From a virus (Duplodnaviria > Caudoviricetes): DNA of 39,803 nucleotides. The notes beneath the pieces are model-generated. The model was not told the DNA's origin and searched no databases. It saw only the letters and a program-made list of their open reading frames with translations. The DNA lies in the IMG/VR virus record IMGVR_UViG_3300031942_000022, positions 1-39,803 of that record, one strand, 5' to 3'. Made by a program: the position numbers and the translations under genes. Each line of letters starts with the position of its first letter. Position 1 is the stretch's first letter. Below are positions 16,732 to 25,537 of this stretch, one piece after another.

Positions 16732-16781
16732 ATCTAACTACTACGGTCGATTGTTTGAAAACTTAAATTCTTTTTTCAATT
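16732..16781 (-). promoter_or_regulatory. Cassette promoter/operator copy 3
   Basis: Minus strand aattgaaaaaagaaTTTAAgttttcaaacaatcgacCGTAgtagttagat-ATG. Confidence 0.65.
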
Positions 16782-16823
16782 AAACATCCGAAAGCGGCGT
16801 TTTGACATTCCGCTCATTTTTAA

Positions 16824-17150
16824 ATGACGGAAGAGCAATGCCAGTTCGCGCTTGACTTGAAAATGGATGTGCTTTCCCGGGCCTATCAACTCGGGCAACC
16901 CGGGGACCCGGATTACGAGGCGGCATTCAAGGCAGGGTTGGGCCAACTCCAGAATGATCGGGACAAGATTCGCGCGGCGATCTCGGCCGGCGGTGGTAAA
17001 CAGGTCTTAAGCGTCAATGCCGGCGAATCGGTGACCTGGTCGGCGCCGATGAGTTTACAGGATCAGTTAGGGGCTTATACCCGGGCAATTATGGAACTCA
17101 TGGGGTTCACTTATCTCCAGAACCGGACAAGTGCGCGCTTTCTTTATTAG
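16824..17150 (+). CDS. Probable head-tail joining protein (gpW position)
   Basis: Small gene between terminase and portal. Confidence 0.55.
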   Translation: MTEEQCQFALDLKMDVLSRAYQLGQPGDPDYEAAFKAGLGQLQNDRDKIRAAISAGGGKQVLSVNAGESVTWSAPMSLQDQLGAYTRAIMELMGFTYLQNRTSARFLY

Positions 17151-17153
17151 CTT

Positions 17154-18725
17154 ATGCTGGTCAATTACAAGCTGATTCGGGCTAGTCATCCTGAGGATTT
17201 TACCCGGCCTTATATCCGGCAATTTCCGCTCAAAACTGATAAAGCAGTGCCGTTTGGTGATATCGGCGTTCTGCGGTCCCACGTTTTTTATCTGTTCAAA
17301 AATCTCGGGCCATTACGGGTGGCGATTCAGGAAAAAGCGATGTACGCGACCGGGCCGAATCATTGGCTGCCGGTCTGGATGGGGCAGGATGAAGCATACA
17401 AGGCCGAAGTCGAACAATGGCTAATCTATAATTGGTACCCGATCTGCAATGTGCTCGGAGAAGAATTCGATTTCCAAACGACCTTGTTTTTGTTGTCAGT
17501 CAATCTTGATGTCTGGGGTGAATTTTTCATTTATCTGACCGAAAGCGAGGATTCCGAGCCCGGCGCCGAAGATGGCGGATATCCGATGCTGCAGATCATC
17601 TGGGTTTATCAGGTGGCGCAACCGCGCGCGCATGGGGCATTAAACAAGGATAACGTGCTAACCGGTTTGGCGTTTGGTGGCAAATACGTCGGCTACAAAT
17701 GCGAAATGGGCGTTGTCAAAAATAAGCAGGGTCGCGCAATCGCCTATTCGGTTCTGATGGATGATCCCGCCGATGACGATCTGATTGCCGCTAACGACAT
17801 GATCCGGGTCCGGGAAATGGATATGGGCGATGAGACTAGGGCTACACCGACATCCGCACACGGAATTGATCAGGGACGTTCGATTCTTAGTCTGCTGTCG
17901 AACGAGCAAGATTTTCTGGAGAATGCCAGCCGAATCAATTTGCTTGAGTATAACGATTTGGCCGGCCTGGATCCGACTGATCCGCAGAATCGACTTTCAC
18001 TCATGGCTAACGGATCGGCAATTGCCGATACCGCAAATCAAGAGCAACAGACTAATCCGCCATCTATTACCGGCAAGCGATCGACAACCCTTGAATGGAT
18101 GGAACGATCGCAAATCAAATATTTGAATCCGAAAAACGGGAACAAACTGGAAGCATTCCAGTTTAACCGGCCGCCGAACGAATGGCATCAGTTCATGGAT
18201 AAGTTGTCGCGGTTTTTAATCGATCCGATCTGGCCGTTCTATCTGGTCGATCGCGAAGGCGATTTGGGAGGAGCGCAGGCGCGAGGGCTTTTGGCCCGGG
18301 CTAACCGTATCATTCAGGATCGCCAATCGCTGATCCGCCGGGTGGCCAGGCGTTGCGTCCAGTATGCGGTCGCTAAAGCTACCAAGATCGGCCGGATTCC
18401 GGCTAATGAAGCCTGGTGGATGTGGAATTTTACCTTGCCGCAACGGATTACGGTCGATTTCGGTCGGGATAGTAAAGCCGAGGTCATGGAAGTTCAGAAC
18501 GATCTGATGGATGCCGCAGAAACCGTCGAAGCGCGCGGAGTTGGTCCTTACGAACTCTATCTAGAACGGTTGTACCGCCACAAAGCGCTTAAGATCAAAA
18601 TCAAAGCGCAAGTTGAACAGGAAATGGGTGTGGAAATCCCGGATGAACCGACTCAGCCGGTCGCGGCAGGCGGCGGATTCGGGAGTTCGGGGAGCGGTCC
18701 TGATAAAGAGGAACCGGTCGATTAA
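17154..18725 (+). CDS. Portal protein, lambda family
   Basis: 523 aa; position; DVWGEFF, GVVKNKQGRAIAY, PQRITVDFGRD. Confidence 0.85.
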   Translation: MLVNYKLIRASHPEDFTRPYIRQFPLKTDKAVPFGDIGVLRSHVFYLFKNLGPLRVAIQEKAMYATGPNHWLPVWMGQDEAYKAEVEQWLIYNWYPICNVLGEEFDFQTTLFLLSVNLDVWGEFFIYLTESEDSEPGAEDGGYPMLQIIWVYQVAQPRAHGALNKDNVLTGLAFGGKYVGYKCEMGVVKNKQGRAIAYSVLMDDPADDDLIAANDMIRVREMDMGDETRATPTSAHGIDQGRSILSLLSNEQDFLENASRINLLEYNDLAGLDPTDPQNRLSLMANGSAIADTANQEQQTNPPSITGKRSTTLEWMERSQIKYLNPKNGNKLEAFQFNRPPNEWHQFMDKLSRFLIDPIWPFYLVDREGDLGGAQARGLLARANRIIQDRQSLIRRVARRCVQYAVAKATKIGRIPANEAWWMWNFTLPQRITVDFGRDSKAEVMEVQNDLMDAAETVEARGVGPYELYLERLYRHKALKIKIKAQVEQEMGVEIPDEPTQPVAAGGGFGSSGSGPDKEEPVD

Positions 18726-18730
18726 AACCT

Positions 18731-18922
18731 ATGATTCCATTACTCATCCATCTCTTGATCATCATTCTGATCCTTGGGTTGATTTTCTGGCTGATCTGGT
18801 GGGCACTTAATCTTTTTCCCTTACCCGCACCATTCGCACAGATCGCGCGAGCTATTCTGATCTTGATTTTTGTCCTGATCCTGATCAGCCAACTCTTACC
18901 GCTTTTGAATGTGAAACTATGA
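18731..18922 (+). CDS. Very hydrophobic two-TM membrane protein, 63 aa
   Basis: Two Leu/Ile helices separated by PLPAPF. Confidence 0.75.
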   Translation: MIPLLIHLLIIILILGLIFWLIWWALNLFPLPAPFAQIARAILILIFVLILISQLLPLLNVKL

Positions 18923-19752
18923 AACTTGCGCGCACACTGGAGAAAATAACGATGCATCCGTGGCTGATTACCCCTGGCGGATACGCCGCGGTCATGCGCC
19001 TCATTGATTCCAAACTGGCCCGGGAAAACTTGAGTGTAATCGCGGAAATTCCCCAGAACGATGACGCTAAAAAGCCGATTAGCCAGGCGAAAGATCGAAT
19101 AGCACAGATCACAGTCAGCGGCATTCTGGGGCAGCGACTTTCCTGGCTCGAGAACCTTTGTGGGGGATGTGATTATCTGGATATCTCAAACGCAATTGAT
19201 GATGCGATTGACGCAGACGCTCAAGGGATCCTTTTCATTTTCGATTCACCCGGGGGCATGGCGACCGGTTGTCCGGAATGCGCGGCCAAGATTGCGGCAA
19301 TCGAAGTTCCGAAGATCGCATTTAGTGATTCGCTGATGACCAGTGGCGCTTATTATCTGGCCAGCGGGTGCGATTACCTGATGGCGACATCATCGGCTGA
19401 CGTGGGGTCAATCGGCGTGATTATCCCCTGGGTCGATCAACAAAAACTCTGGGATAAAGCCGGACTGAAATTCGATCCGATTTATTCCGCCGGTGACGAT
19501 CTCAAACCGACGATGTACGGTCCGAGCCTGACCGATGAGCAGCGCACCTATCTGCAACAGAGCGTCAACGATGTTGCCGAAGCATTTCAGAATCACGTCT
19601 CCAATTATCGGCAACTTGATTTCTCTCAATTAAAAGCCGGCGCTTATTCAGGCCAGCGAGCGCTCGGCCTTAACCTGATCGATCAAATTGGCCTGATTGA
19701 AGATGCCTACAATGAGCTTCTTAAGCGCATTTCGAAAACGCAAGTCGGTTGA
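18919..19752 (+). CDS. S49 family prohead protease
   Basis: FDSPGG, MTSGAYYLAS, VGSIGV. Confidence 0.93.
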   Translation: MKLARTLEKITMHPWLITPGGYAAVMRLIDSKLARENLSVIAEIPQNDDAKKPISQAKDRIAQITVSGILGQRLSWLENLCGGCDYLDISNAIDDAIDADAQGILFIFDSPGGMATGCPECAAKIAAIEVPKIAFSDSLMTSGAYYLASGCDYLMATSSADVGSIGVIIPWVDQQKLWDKAGLKFDPIYSAGDDLKPTMYGPSLTDEQRTYLQQSVNDVAEAFQNHVSNYRQLDFSQLKAGAYSGQRALGLNLIDQIGLIEDAYNELLKRISKTQVG

Positions 19753-19768
19753 CATTTCCGGGTATGAA

Positions 19769-20263
19769 ATGACACCGAAAACCTTGGATTCGGCCTTGGA
19801 ATTAATCGCAAATCAAGATGCGCAAATCCAAGGTCTTGAAAAAACGATTTCCGAACAGGAAACCCGTATCGGCCAACTCAATAGTGATCTGGATACCTGC
19901 CTGACGAGTTTCGGGATCGCGAAAAAACTCGACGAGAACAAAACTGTAAGCTGGAGCAGTTCGCACCTGCAGGCAGCCGACGAAGCGATTGTTGCGCTGA
20001 ACACCGAGCGCGATGAATTGAAAAAAAAGCTCGTTACAGCCGAAAATCGAATTGCCGAGCTTGAAAAAGAACAAAAGAGCGTCTCGGCGAAGGCACGCGA
20101 ATTTCTTGCTGCTCAAGGCGGCAAACCATTGCCGGTATCGAGTAATGGACCCAAATCGACCAATCAATTGGCATTAACTGAAGCTCTCGATGAAGCCAAT
20201 CGGACCGGAAACAAAGACGAAGTCAAACGTCTGTACGGCGAGCTTCAAAAATTGAAAAACTGA
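19769..20263 (+). CDS. Probable capsid scaffolding protein
   Basis: Coiled-coil protein between protease and capsid; start MTPKTLD avoids overlap with the protease. Confidence 0.65.
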   Translation: MTPKTLDSALELIANQDAQIQGLEKTISEQETRIGQLNSDLDTCLTSFGIAKKLDENKTVSWSSSHLQAADEAIVALNTERDELKKKLVTAENRIAELEKEQKSVSAKAREFLAAQGGKPLPVSSNGPKSTNQLALTEALDEANRTGNKDEVKRLYGELQKLKN

Positions 20264-20299
20264 TTCATTCGCAAACACTCCTAACAATTTTCTCTTTTT

Positions 20300-21229
20300 A
20301 TGCCTGCAAACAGCCTAGGAACCTTAAGCCCGACTTTGGTTGTACTGGATACGATCCAATTTTTGAAAAAAACATTTCCGGTCATTACCCAAATCACTAC
20401 GAATTTCAGTGACCAAGCGGTTTTGCTTAACGAAACCGTTATTTCACGCGTGGTCACTCCTCCGCCGGCGCACGATTATGTTTCGCCTGCGGCGGCCGGT
20501 ACTGGTTATGCTGCTCAAGACGCGGCGACAACGACCGATGTGCCCGTGGTCATCAATAAACATAAATTCGCGACACTGGCTTTCAGCGATACGGAAATGT
20601 CTTCGACACCGCGTGATTTGCCGACTGAACAGAAACAGGCACTTGCTTACAGTCTCGGGCGCCAGCTCTTGATTGACCTTTTCGCGTTGGTCACGCCAAC
20701 CAATTTCACGACTACTTATCAGATTGTCGATCCCAAGAATTCGAATCGACACACCGTTACGGCGATGCGCCAATTGTTGGTGACAAATGGTGCCAGCATT
20801 AACCGGTTTGGTGTTGTGAATCCAACCGTCTTTGCCGCACTCGCCCAGGATACGGGAGTAATCTCGCAATTCAATTTCGGGTCTGCGAAACCGGATTTAT
20901 CTGGCGGCACAATCGATGGATTGGCGGGATTTACGCAAATTATTGAGTATGCGGAACTTAACACCGCCAACTCTCTGGCTGGATTTTTCGGTGCCAAAGA
21001 GGCTTTAGTGATGGCAGCCCGGGTGCCGGAAGTTCCCGATATCAGTCTGCCCGGTACGGTTGAAAATGTCGCCGACCCGGATTCGGGCCTGACTATTCAA
21101 TATCGTGAATATTACGATATGATGGGCGGCCAACTCAACGTTAGTCTTACTTGGATGTATGGAGTCGCGAAGGGCGTCACCGGACATGGCGCGATTTTGG
21201 TCCAGAACGCTGGTGGCAACCCCAACTAG
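20300..21229 (+). CDS. Major capsid protein (HK97 fold)
   Basis: 309 aa; VPVVINKHK, ALVMAARVP, DPDSGLTIQYR, WMYGVAKG; position after scaffold. Confidence 0.85.
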   Translation: MPANSLGTLSPTLVVLDTIQFLKKTFPVITQITTNFSDQAVLLNETVISRVVTPPPAHDYVSPAAAGTGYAAQDAATTTDVPVVINKHKFATLAFSDTEMSSTPRDLPTEQKQALAYSLGRQLLIDLFALVTPTNFTTTYQIVDPKNSNRHTVTAMRQLLVTNGASINRFGVVNPTVFAALAQDTGVISQFNFGSAKPDLSGGTIDGLAGFTQIIEYAELNTANSLAGFFGAKEALVMAARVPEVPDISLPGTVENVADPDSGLTIQYREYYDMMGGQLNVSLTWMYGVAKGVTGHGAILVQNAGGNPN

Positions 21230-21238
21230 GTTTGTTGG

Positions 21239-21487
21239 ATGCCAACGATTATAATAAGCGCGGGAATGGATCAGGACGGGAACCTGATCAATCTCTATAT
21301 CGGGCCAAGCTATGCGGATGCCGAAAACGTAATGATTGAGGCCGGACACCAGCATAAAATTATTGAAGGCTGGCTTTTCTCTAATCCCGTGCCGGCGTTG
21401 CACCAGTATTATGCCCCTGAAGCTCCCAAACGTAGAGGGCGCCCGCCAAAAACGTTTGCTGAAGATCCGGTTCTGGATACTACATAA
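21239..21487 (+). CDS. Hypothetical protein with AT-hook
   Basis: PKRRGRPPK; follows capsid gene. Confidence 0.65.
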   Translation: MPTIIISAGMDQDGNLINLYIGPSYADAENVMIEAGHQHKIIEGWLFSNPVPALHQYYAPEAPKRRGRPPKTFAEDPVLDTT

Positions 21488-21805
21488 ATGTCGATGCGTG
21501 ACCAGGTCGCCGCGGCTTTCGGCGAGCTGCAAGCAGTTTTCGCCGAGACTGCCACTATTCAGGGTGTAGACGGGATCCCGATCACCATGGGTCCTAATGT
21601 GATGCTCTCGATGGGCTACGGTGATGGCGGGACGAACCAGATTCAGGGCGTTACCCTTTATTATCCGATTTTTGGTTATCCTGCACCGGTAGTTGACGGT
21701 GCCGTTATTTTCCGTGGCCTGAACTACGCAATCCAGACGATCGAACAAAATATGGGGACTTGGCAGATTACAGCGACTCAAATCCTGGCACAGAAAAGCG
21801 GATGA
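21488..21805 (+). CDS. Probable head-tail adaptor/closure protein
   Basis: Size and synteny; beta-rich C-terminus. Confidence 0.55.
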   Translation: MSMRDQVAAAFGELQAVFAETATIQGVDGIPITMGPNVMLSMGYGDGGTNQIQGVTLYYPIFGYPAPVVDGAVIFRGLNYAIQTIEQNMGTWQITATQILAQKSG

Positions 21806-22437
21806 GCGTTAAAGTCGATATGCGGGATTGGAACCGCTCTTTTGAGCGCTACGTCGCGGTACGCAAAACGGCTCGCAAAGATATCATTCATCAGAAAGCC
21901 CGTGATTTCGCTTTTAAAGCGTTCCAGAATCTGCCGCCGACCGATCGGCAACGAATCGAGGCCGATATGCAGAAAGACGGAATGCTGCTCAAACTGACTG
22001 TGCGCCGGCTCCAAGCCAAAGGCATCGATCTGAAGAATCTGGGTACAGTCCGGGTACGCCAGAAAGGTGGTGCAGGCGGCAAACGCACTATCAGTAAAGC
22101 TGATAAAATCATCAGCCAGTATGCCAAAAAACTGCTGCGGGCGAAAATCCGATCGCGCGGCTATCATCGAGTATCATTTTTATTGCTCGCGCAGAAACTC
22201 GGGGCTTCAGGTGCGGCTAATGTCAATCCGCGCTCAGTTCTGGCTAAAACCAATGTCAAAGAATCGCACACTTATACGAACGATGTTTACACGCTTAGCG
22301 CGATAGCCCGCGGCATGGATTGTCCGAGCACTCACCAGGCCAAGGATAAAGCATTGTCTTTGATCAAAGCCGATATGGAAAGCTTTACCGCTAAACGCCT
22401 GGCAGACGCTAAGAAACAAGCCGGATTCAGACGATGA
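21802..22437 (+). CDS. Basic neck/tail-completion protein
   Basis: ATGA overlaps at both ends; K/R-rich; synteny. Confidence 0.55.
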   Translation: MSVKVDMRDWNRSFERYVAVRKTARKDIIHQKARDFAFKAFQNLPPTDRQRIEADMQKDGMLLKLTVRRLQAKGIDLKNLGTVRVRQKGGAGGKRTISKADKIISQYAKKLLRAKIRSRGYHRVSFLLLAQKLGASGAANVNPRSVLAKTNVKESHTYTNDVYTLSAIARGMDCPSTHQAKDKALSLIKADMESFTAKRLADAKKQAGFRR

Positions 22438-22838
22438 CCGAGGTTGCCGAACAATTCCTAATTGATATTTTGACGCCGCAAATGGCGCCTGTACCAGTCC
22501 GGCGCGATGTATCCGATCCACAAATCGCCCGCCCGATCGTTATCGTCGCGGGGCATCTGGATGAAACCTATATCCCGGACGGACGTTACAGCGTTGCCAA
22601 AGTCGCTTTGGACGTAACGCTTGAAACCCAGGTCGGTCAGAGTACCGACGTCGATCATGAAACTTTAATCAGCCAGATTTCGACGGCTTTACCTAATTAC
22701 GGCCAGTGGACGGGTACTCAAAGCTATTACGAAAAAGTGTATTTCGGGCCGGTACGAACTGGAGAAAAGAAAACAAATGACCTCGTTCGATCTTATATGT
22801 TCGGCTTCTATCTGGTCGGCAGGTTGACAATTCCTTAA
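22434..22838 (+). CDS. Probable tail terminator protein
   Basis: 134 aa directly before the tail tube candidate. Confidence 0.55.
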   Translation: MTEVAEQFLIDILTPQMAPVPVRRDVSDPQIARPIVIVAGHLDETYIPDGRYSVAKVALDVTLETQVGQSTDVDHETLISQISTALPNYGQWTGTQSYYEKVYFGPVRTGEKKTNDLVRSYMFGFYLVGRLTIP

Positions 22839-22846
22839 AGAAAAAT

Positions 22847-23212
22847 ATGGCCGCAACAATTTATCCTCCTGGCATGGGGTATATCTGGGGCATTAGCGCG
22901 ACAATGAGCGGAATGTCGATGTCAAGTTATCGGCAAAACGATACGACTGACGTATTCGAGCAAAAAAGTGGTCAGGGGGAAACAATCGCGGTGGTCAGTT
23001 ATAATCCGCGCAGCGAAATCACAATCGAAGGCGAAACTTTTGCCGGATTCACAGTCGTCGCCGGTAAGGAAATCATAATCGCCAACATCATTTTGCCGCC
23101 AGCGACAAGTGCGGGTTTGGTTATTTGCCGCAGCGTGGAATATCAAGCTAGCCGTGAAGCGATGCAAAAAGCGACCATAACCGCGACCATGTTCCCATTG
23201 ATCGCTCCTTAA
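22847..23212 (+). CDS. Probable major tail tube protein (minimal)
   Basis: 121 aa beta-rich; position after terminator; preceded by TTGACA motif. Confidence 0.55.
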   Translation: MAATIYPPGMGYIWGISATMSGMSMSSYRQNDTTDVFEQKSGQGETIAVVSYNPRSEITIEGETFAGFTVVAGKEIIIANIILPPATSAGLVICRSVEYQASREAMQKATITATMFPLIAP

Positions 23213-23221
23213 GGAATAGCC

Positions 23222-23599
23222 ATGTTTAATCACTCAATTACGACCGGGTACGCTGACGAAGGCGGGAACGTACAAACCGTGATAAACAAATACGCCGGCC
23301 AAACCGAGAAAGGTTTTGATGGCACCATTACTGCCGGAGCGACCAATTCGCCGATCACCTTGTCCTGGACGATTACAGCCATGCAAAGCTTCATGATGTG
23401 GAGTTCTCAAGCTTTGACCGTTAAAACCAATAGTTCATCAAGCCCGGCGCAAACCTTTTCTCTAGCGGCCAATCAGGAAGTGGTTTGGGGAACGCTGCAA
23501 GGCACCACCAATCCGATTACCCTCGATGTGACGCAACTTTTCGTGACCAATGCGGGCTCGGTCGATTCGCAGTTTAAGGTGCGCGTTTTATTGACCTGA
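23222..23599 (+). CDS. Hypothetical virion protein
   Basis: T/S/G-rich beta-type sequence; AAGGA upstream. Confidence 0.6.
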   Translation: MFNHSITTGYADEGGNVQTVINKYAGQTEKGFDGTITAGATNSPITLSWTITAMQSFMMWSSQALTVKTNSSSSPAQTFSLAANQEVVWGTLQGTTNPITLDVTQLFVTNAGSVDSQFKVRVLLT

Positions 23600-23602
23600 G
23601 AA

Positions 23603-23743
23603 ATGATCGTTGAAGAAAAATTGGATGAAATTCTTTTGATTCTTAAACGGATCGAGGAACGCCAGATTCGAGTCCGTGAGGAAATCAAAGAACAAGTCAC
23701 ACCGGTAGTTGGAAGTTTTGCTTCATCTGAGCCCAGCTCATGA
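23603..23743 (+). CDS. Small coiled-coil protein, 46 aa (below track cutoff)
   Basis: [46 protein letters not shown]; ATGA overlap with next gene. Confidence 0.5.
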   Translation: MIVEEKLDEILLILKRIEERQIRVREEIKEQVTPVVGSFASSEPSS

Positions 23744-24111
23744 GCACTCAAAGCTCTGATCCGTTCAATGTTTCTATCTCGATTTTTCGTAACCGGCAAT
23801 GGATTCAGAAAATCACGGTCCAGAACCCGGACAACTCCCCTATTGATATCAGTCAGGATCTGTTGGCTTTAGTCATTATTCCGGATCTTTCCAGCGGGAA
23901 TGCTGATCCAGTTCTATCCAATAAAACGCCGAGCGGGGATTTGGCCGGCGGTGTTGCCGTTTTTACTTTCAGCGATTCGGACACTAAAAACCTGGTTTCA
24001 GGCGCCGATTACCGCTGGCAATATTTGCGCCAGCAAAGTACACAAAACAATTCCGACGTTGTTGTTGCTGGCCCTTTGATCGTCCAGGATTCGCCGCCAT
24101 TTCCTCCGTGA
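23740..24111 (+). CDS. BppU-N-like fibre-anchoring domain protein
   Basis: [14 protein letters not shown]...[15 protein letters not shown]...YRWQY...VVAGPLIV; precedes collagen fibre. Confidence 0.55.
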   Translation: MSTQSSDPFNVSISIFRNRQWIQKITVQNPDNSPIDISQDLLALVIIPDLSSGNADPVLSNKTPSGDLAGGVAVFTFSDSDTKNLVSGADYRWQYLRQQSTQNNSDVVVAGPLIVQDSPPFPP

Positions 24112-24112
24112 T

Positions 24113-25528
24113 ATGCCGATCGAACCATTGAGTTTGGAGGTCGTTCTTCCAGCTCCGGATTCGATTATCGTCCAGAATCCTGAGCTTAATCTGGATGTCA
24201 CGATTGCCGTTCCGGATTCGATTACGATCCAGAATTCTGAGCTTAATCTGGATGTCACGATTGCCACTCCGAGTCCGATCGTAGTTCAGAATCCTGAGTT
24301 CGATCTGGGTGTTGTTATTTCTCAACCCAGTCCGCCGATTGTCTTAAGTGCGGGTGTGGGTCTGCCGGGACCGCCCGGGCCGGCAGGTATACCGGGTCCG
24401 ACTGGTCCGCAAGGCGCAAAAGGGGATCCTGGACCAACTGGTCCGCAGGGTCTCACTGGTGCGGCAGGACCAATTGGGCCCTCCGGCGCGCAAGGAGTTG
24501 CCGGGCCGACCGGTGCGCAAGGAGTTGCCGGCGCAACCGGCGCCACTGGTTCGCAAGGGCCAAAAGGCGATCCGGGGCCGACTGGGACTGCGGGCGCACA
24601 AGGTTTACAAGGGTCGCAAGGACCGACTGGGCCGATCGGGCCGATTGGTCTAACAGGTATTCAAGGTCCGCAGGGCAATACCGGTGCGCAAGGTCCAGCG
24701 GGGCCAACAGGTTCGCCGGGTCCGGCCGGCCCGGGTGCAACTGTTAGCGTCGGCACGACAACAACAGGAACCCCAGGCAGCAGTGCTTCGGTTATCAGTG
24801 GCGGAACGCCTAGTGCGCTTGTTTTAAATTTTACCATTCCACGCGGTGATGTCGGTGCCACAGGTTCAACCGGTCCAAGCGGTCCGCAGGGAGCAACCGG
24901 TGCGACTGGATCACAAGGTTTAACCGGGCCGCAGGGCATAACCGGCGCGACTGGATCGCAAGGGCCAAAAGGCGATCCCGGCCCGACTGGAATCGGTGTA
25001 GCCGGTCCAACTGGGGCGCAAGGGCCGGTTGGAGCGACTGGGCCGCCCGGGCCGACCGGCGCTCAAGGGCCGAGCGGTTCAGCAGGCGCGATCGGACCGG
25101 TTGGTCCGCCCGGGCCGACGGGTTCGCAAGGTTTGGCAGCAACTATCAATGTGGGGATAACATCGACCGGAGCTCCCGGCAGCAGTGCTCAGGTCACAAA
25201 CACCGGTACTTCTAATGATGCGGTCCTTAGTTTTTTAATTCCGACAGGTGCACCAGGCCCGATGGGACCGCAAGGTCCACCTGGTTCATCTGGGAGCGGT
25301 GGAGCAGTCCAAACTGTTTGGGGCGAGACGCCGGCAGGGCTAATCGACGGTTCTAACCAGGTTTATACCAGTGCTAATCCCTACATGCCGAATTTGCTCG
25401 GGGTCTACTTAAACGGACTACGGCAACGTCGCACCAATGATTATTCCGAGACTGGAAGCCAGTCTTTTCAATTCTTACAAGCTCCGCAGCCTGGCGACAG
25501 CTTGAGCATAGATTATATACAACCCTAA
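24113..25528 (+). CDS. Collagen-like (Gly-X-Y) fibre protein
   Basis: Long GPT/GPQ/GAT runs interrupted by two similar VGTTTTG.PGSSA.V...GT domains. Confidence 0.9.
   Translation: MPIEPLSLEVVLPAPDSIIVQNPELNLDVTIAVPDSITIQNSELNLDVTIATPSPIVVQNPEFDLGVVISQPSPPIVLSAGVGLPGPPGPAGIPGPTGPQGAKGDPGPTGPQGLTGAAGPIGPSGAQGVAGPTGAQGVAGATGATGSQGPKGDPGPTGTAGAQGLQGSQGPTGPIGPIGLTGIQGPQGNTGAQGPAGPTGSPGPAGPGATVSVGTTTTGTPGSSASVISGGTPSALVLNFTIPRGDVGATGSTGPSGPQGATGATGSQGLTGPQGITGATGSQGPKGDPGPTGIGVAGPTGAQGPVGATGPPGPTGAQGPSGSAGAIGPVGPPGPTGSQGLAATINVGITSTGAPGSSAQVTNTGTSNDAVLSFLIPTGAPGPMGPQGPPGSSGSGGAVQTVWGETPAGLIDGSNQVYTSANPYMPNLLGVYLNGLRQRRTNDYSETGSQSFQFLQAPQPGDSLSIDYIQP
24155..24325 (+). repeat. Three 57-bp tandem repeats (19 aa) at the fibre N-terminus
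   Basis: [19 protein letters not shown] / [19 protein letters not shown] / [19 protein letters not shown]. Confidence 0.85.
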
Positions 25529-25537
25529 AGGAGCTAT

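Noticed and set aside
21005-21781. 258-aa antisense ORF over capsid/neck genes
   Set aside because: Shadow ORF across three plus-strand genes with no recognisable domain.
24155-24325. 57-bp repeats as CRISPR array or DGR repeats
   Set aside because: Contiguous in-frame coding repeats without spacers; no cas operon or reverse transcriptase in the genome.
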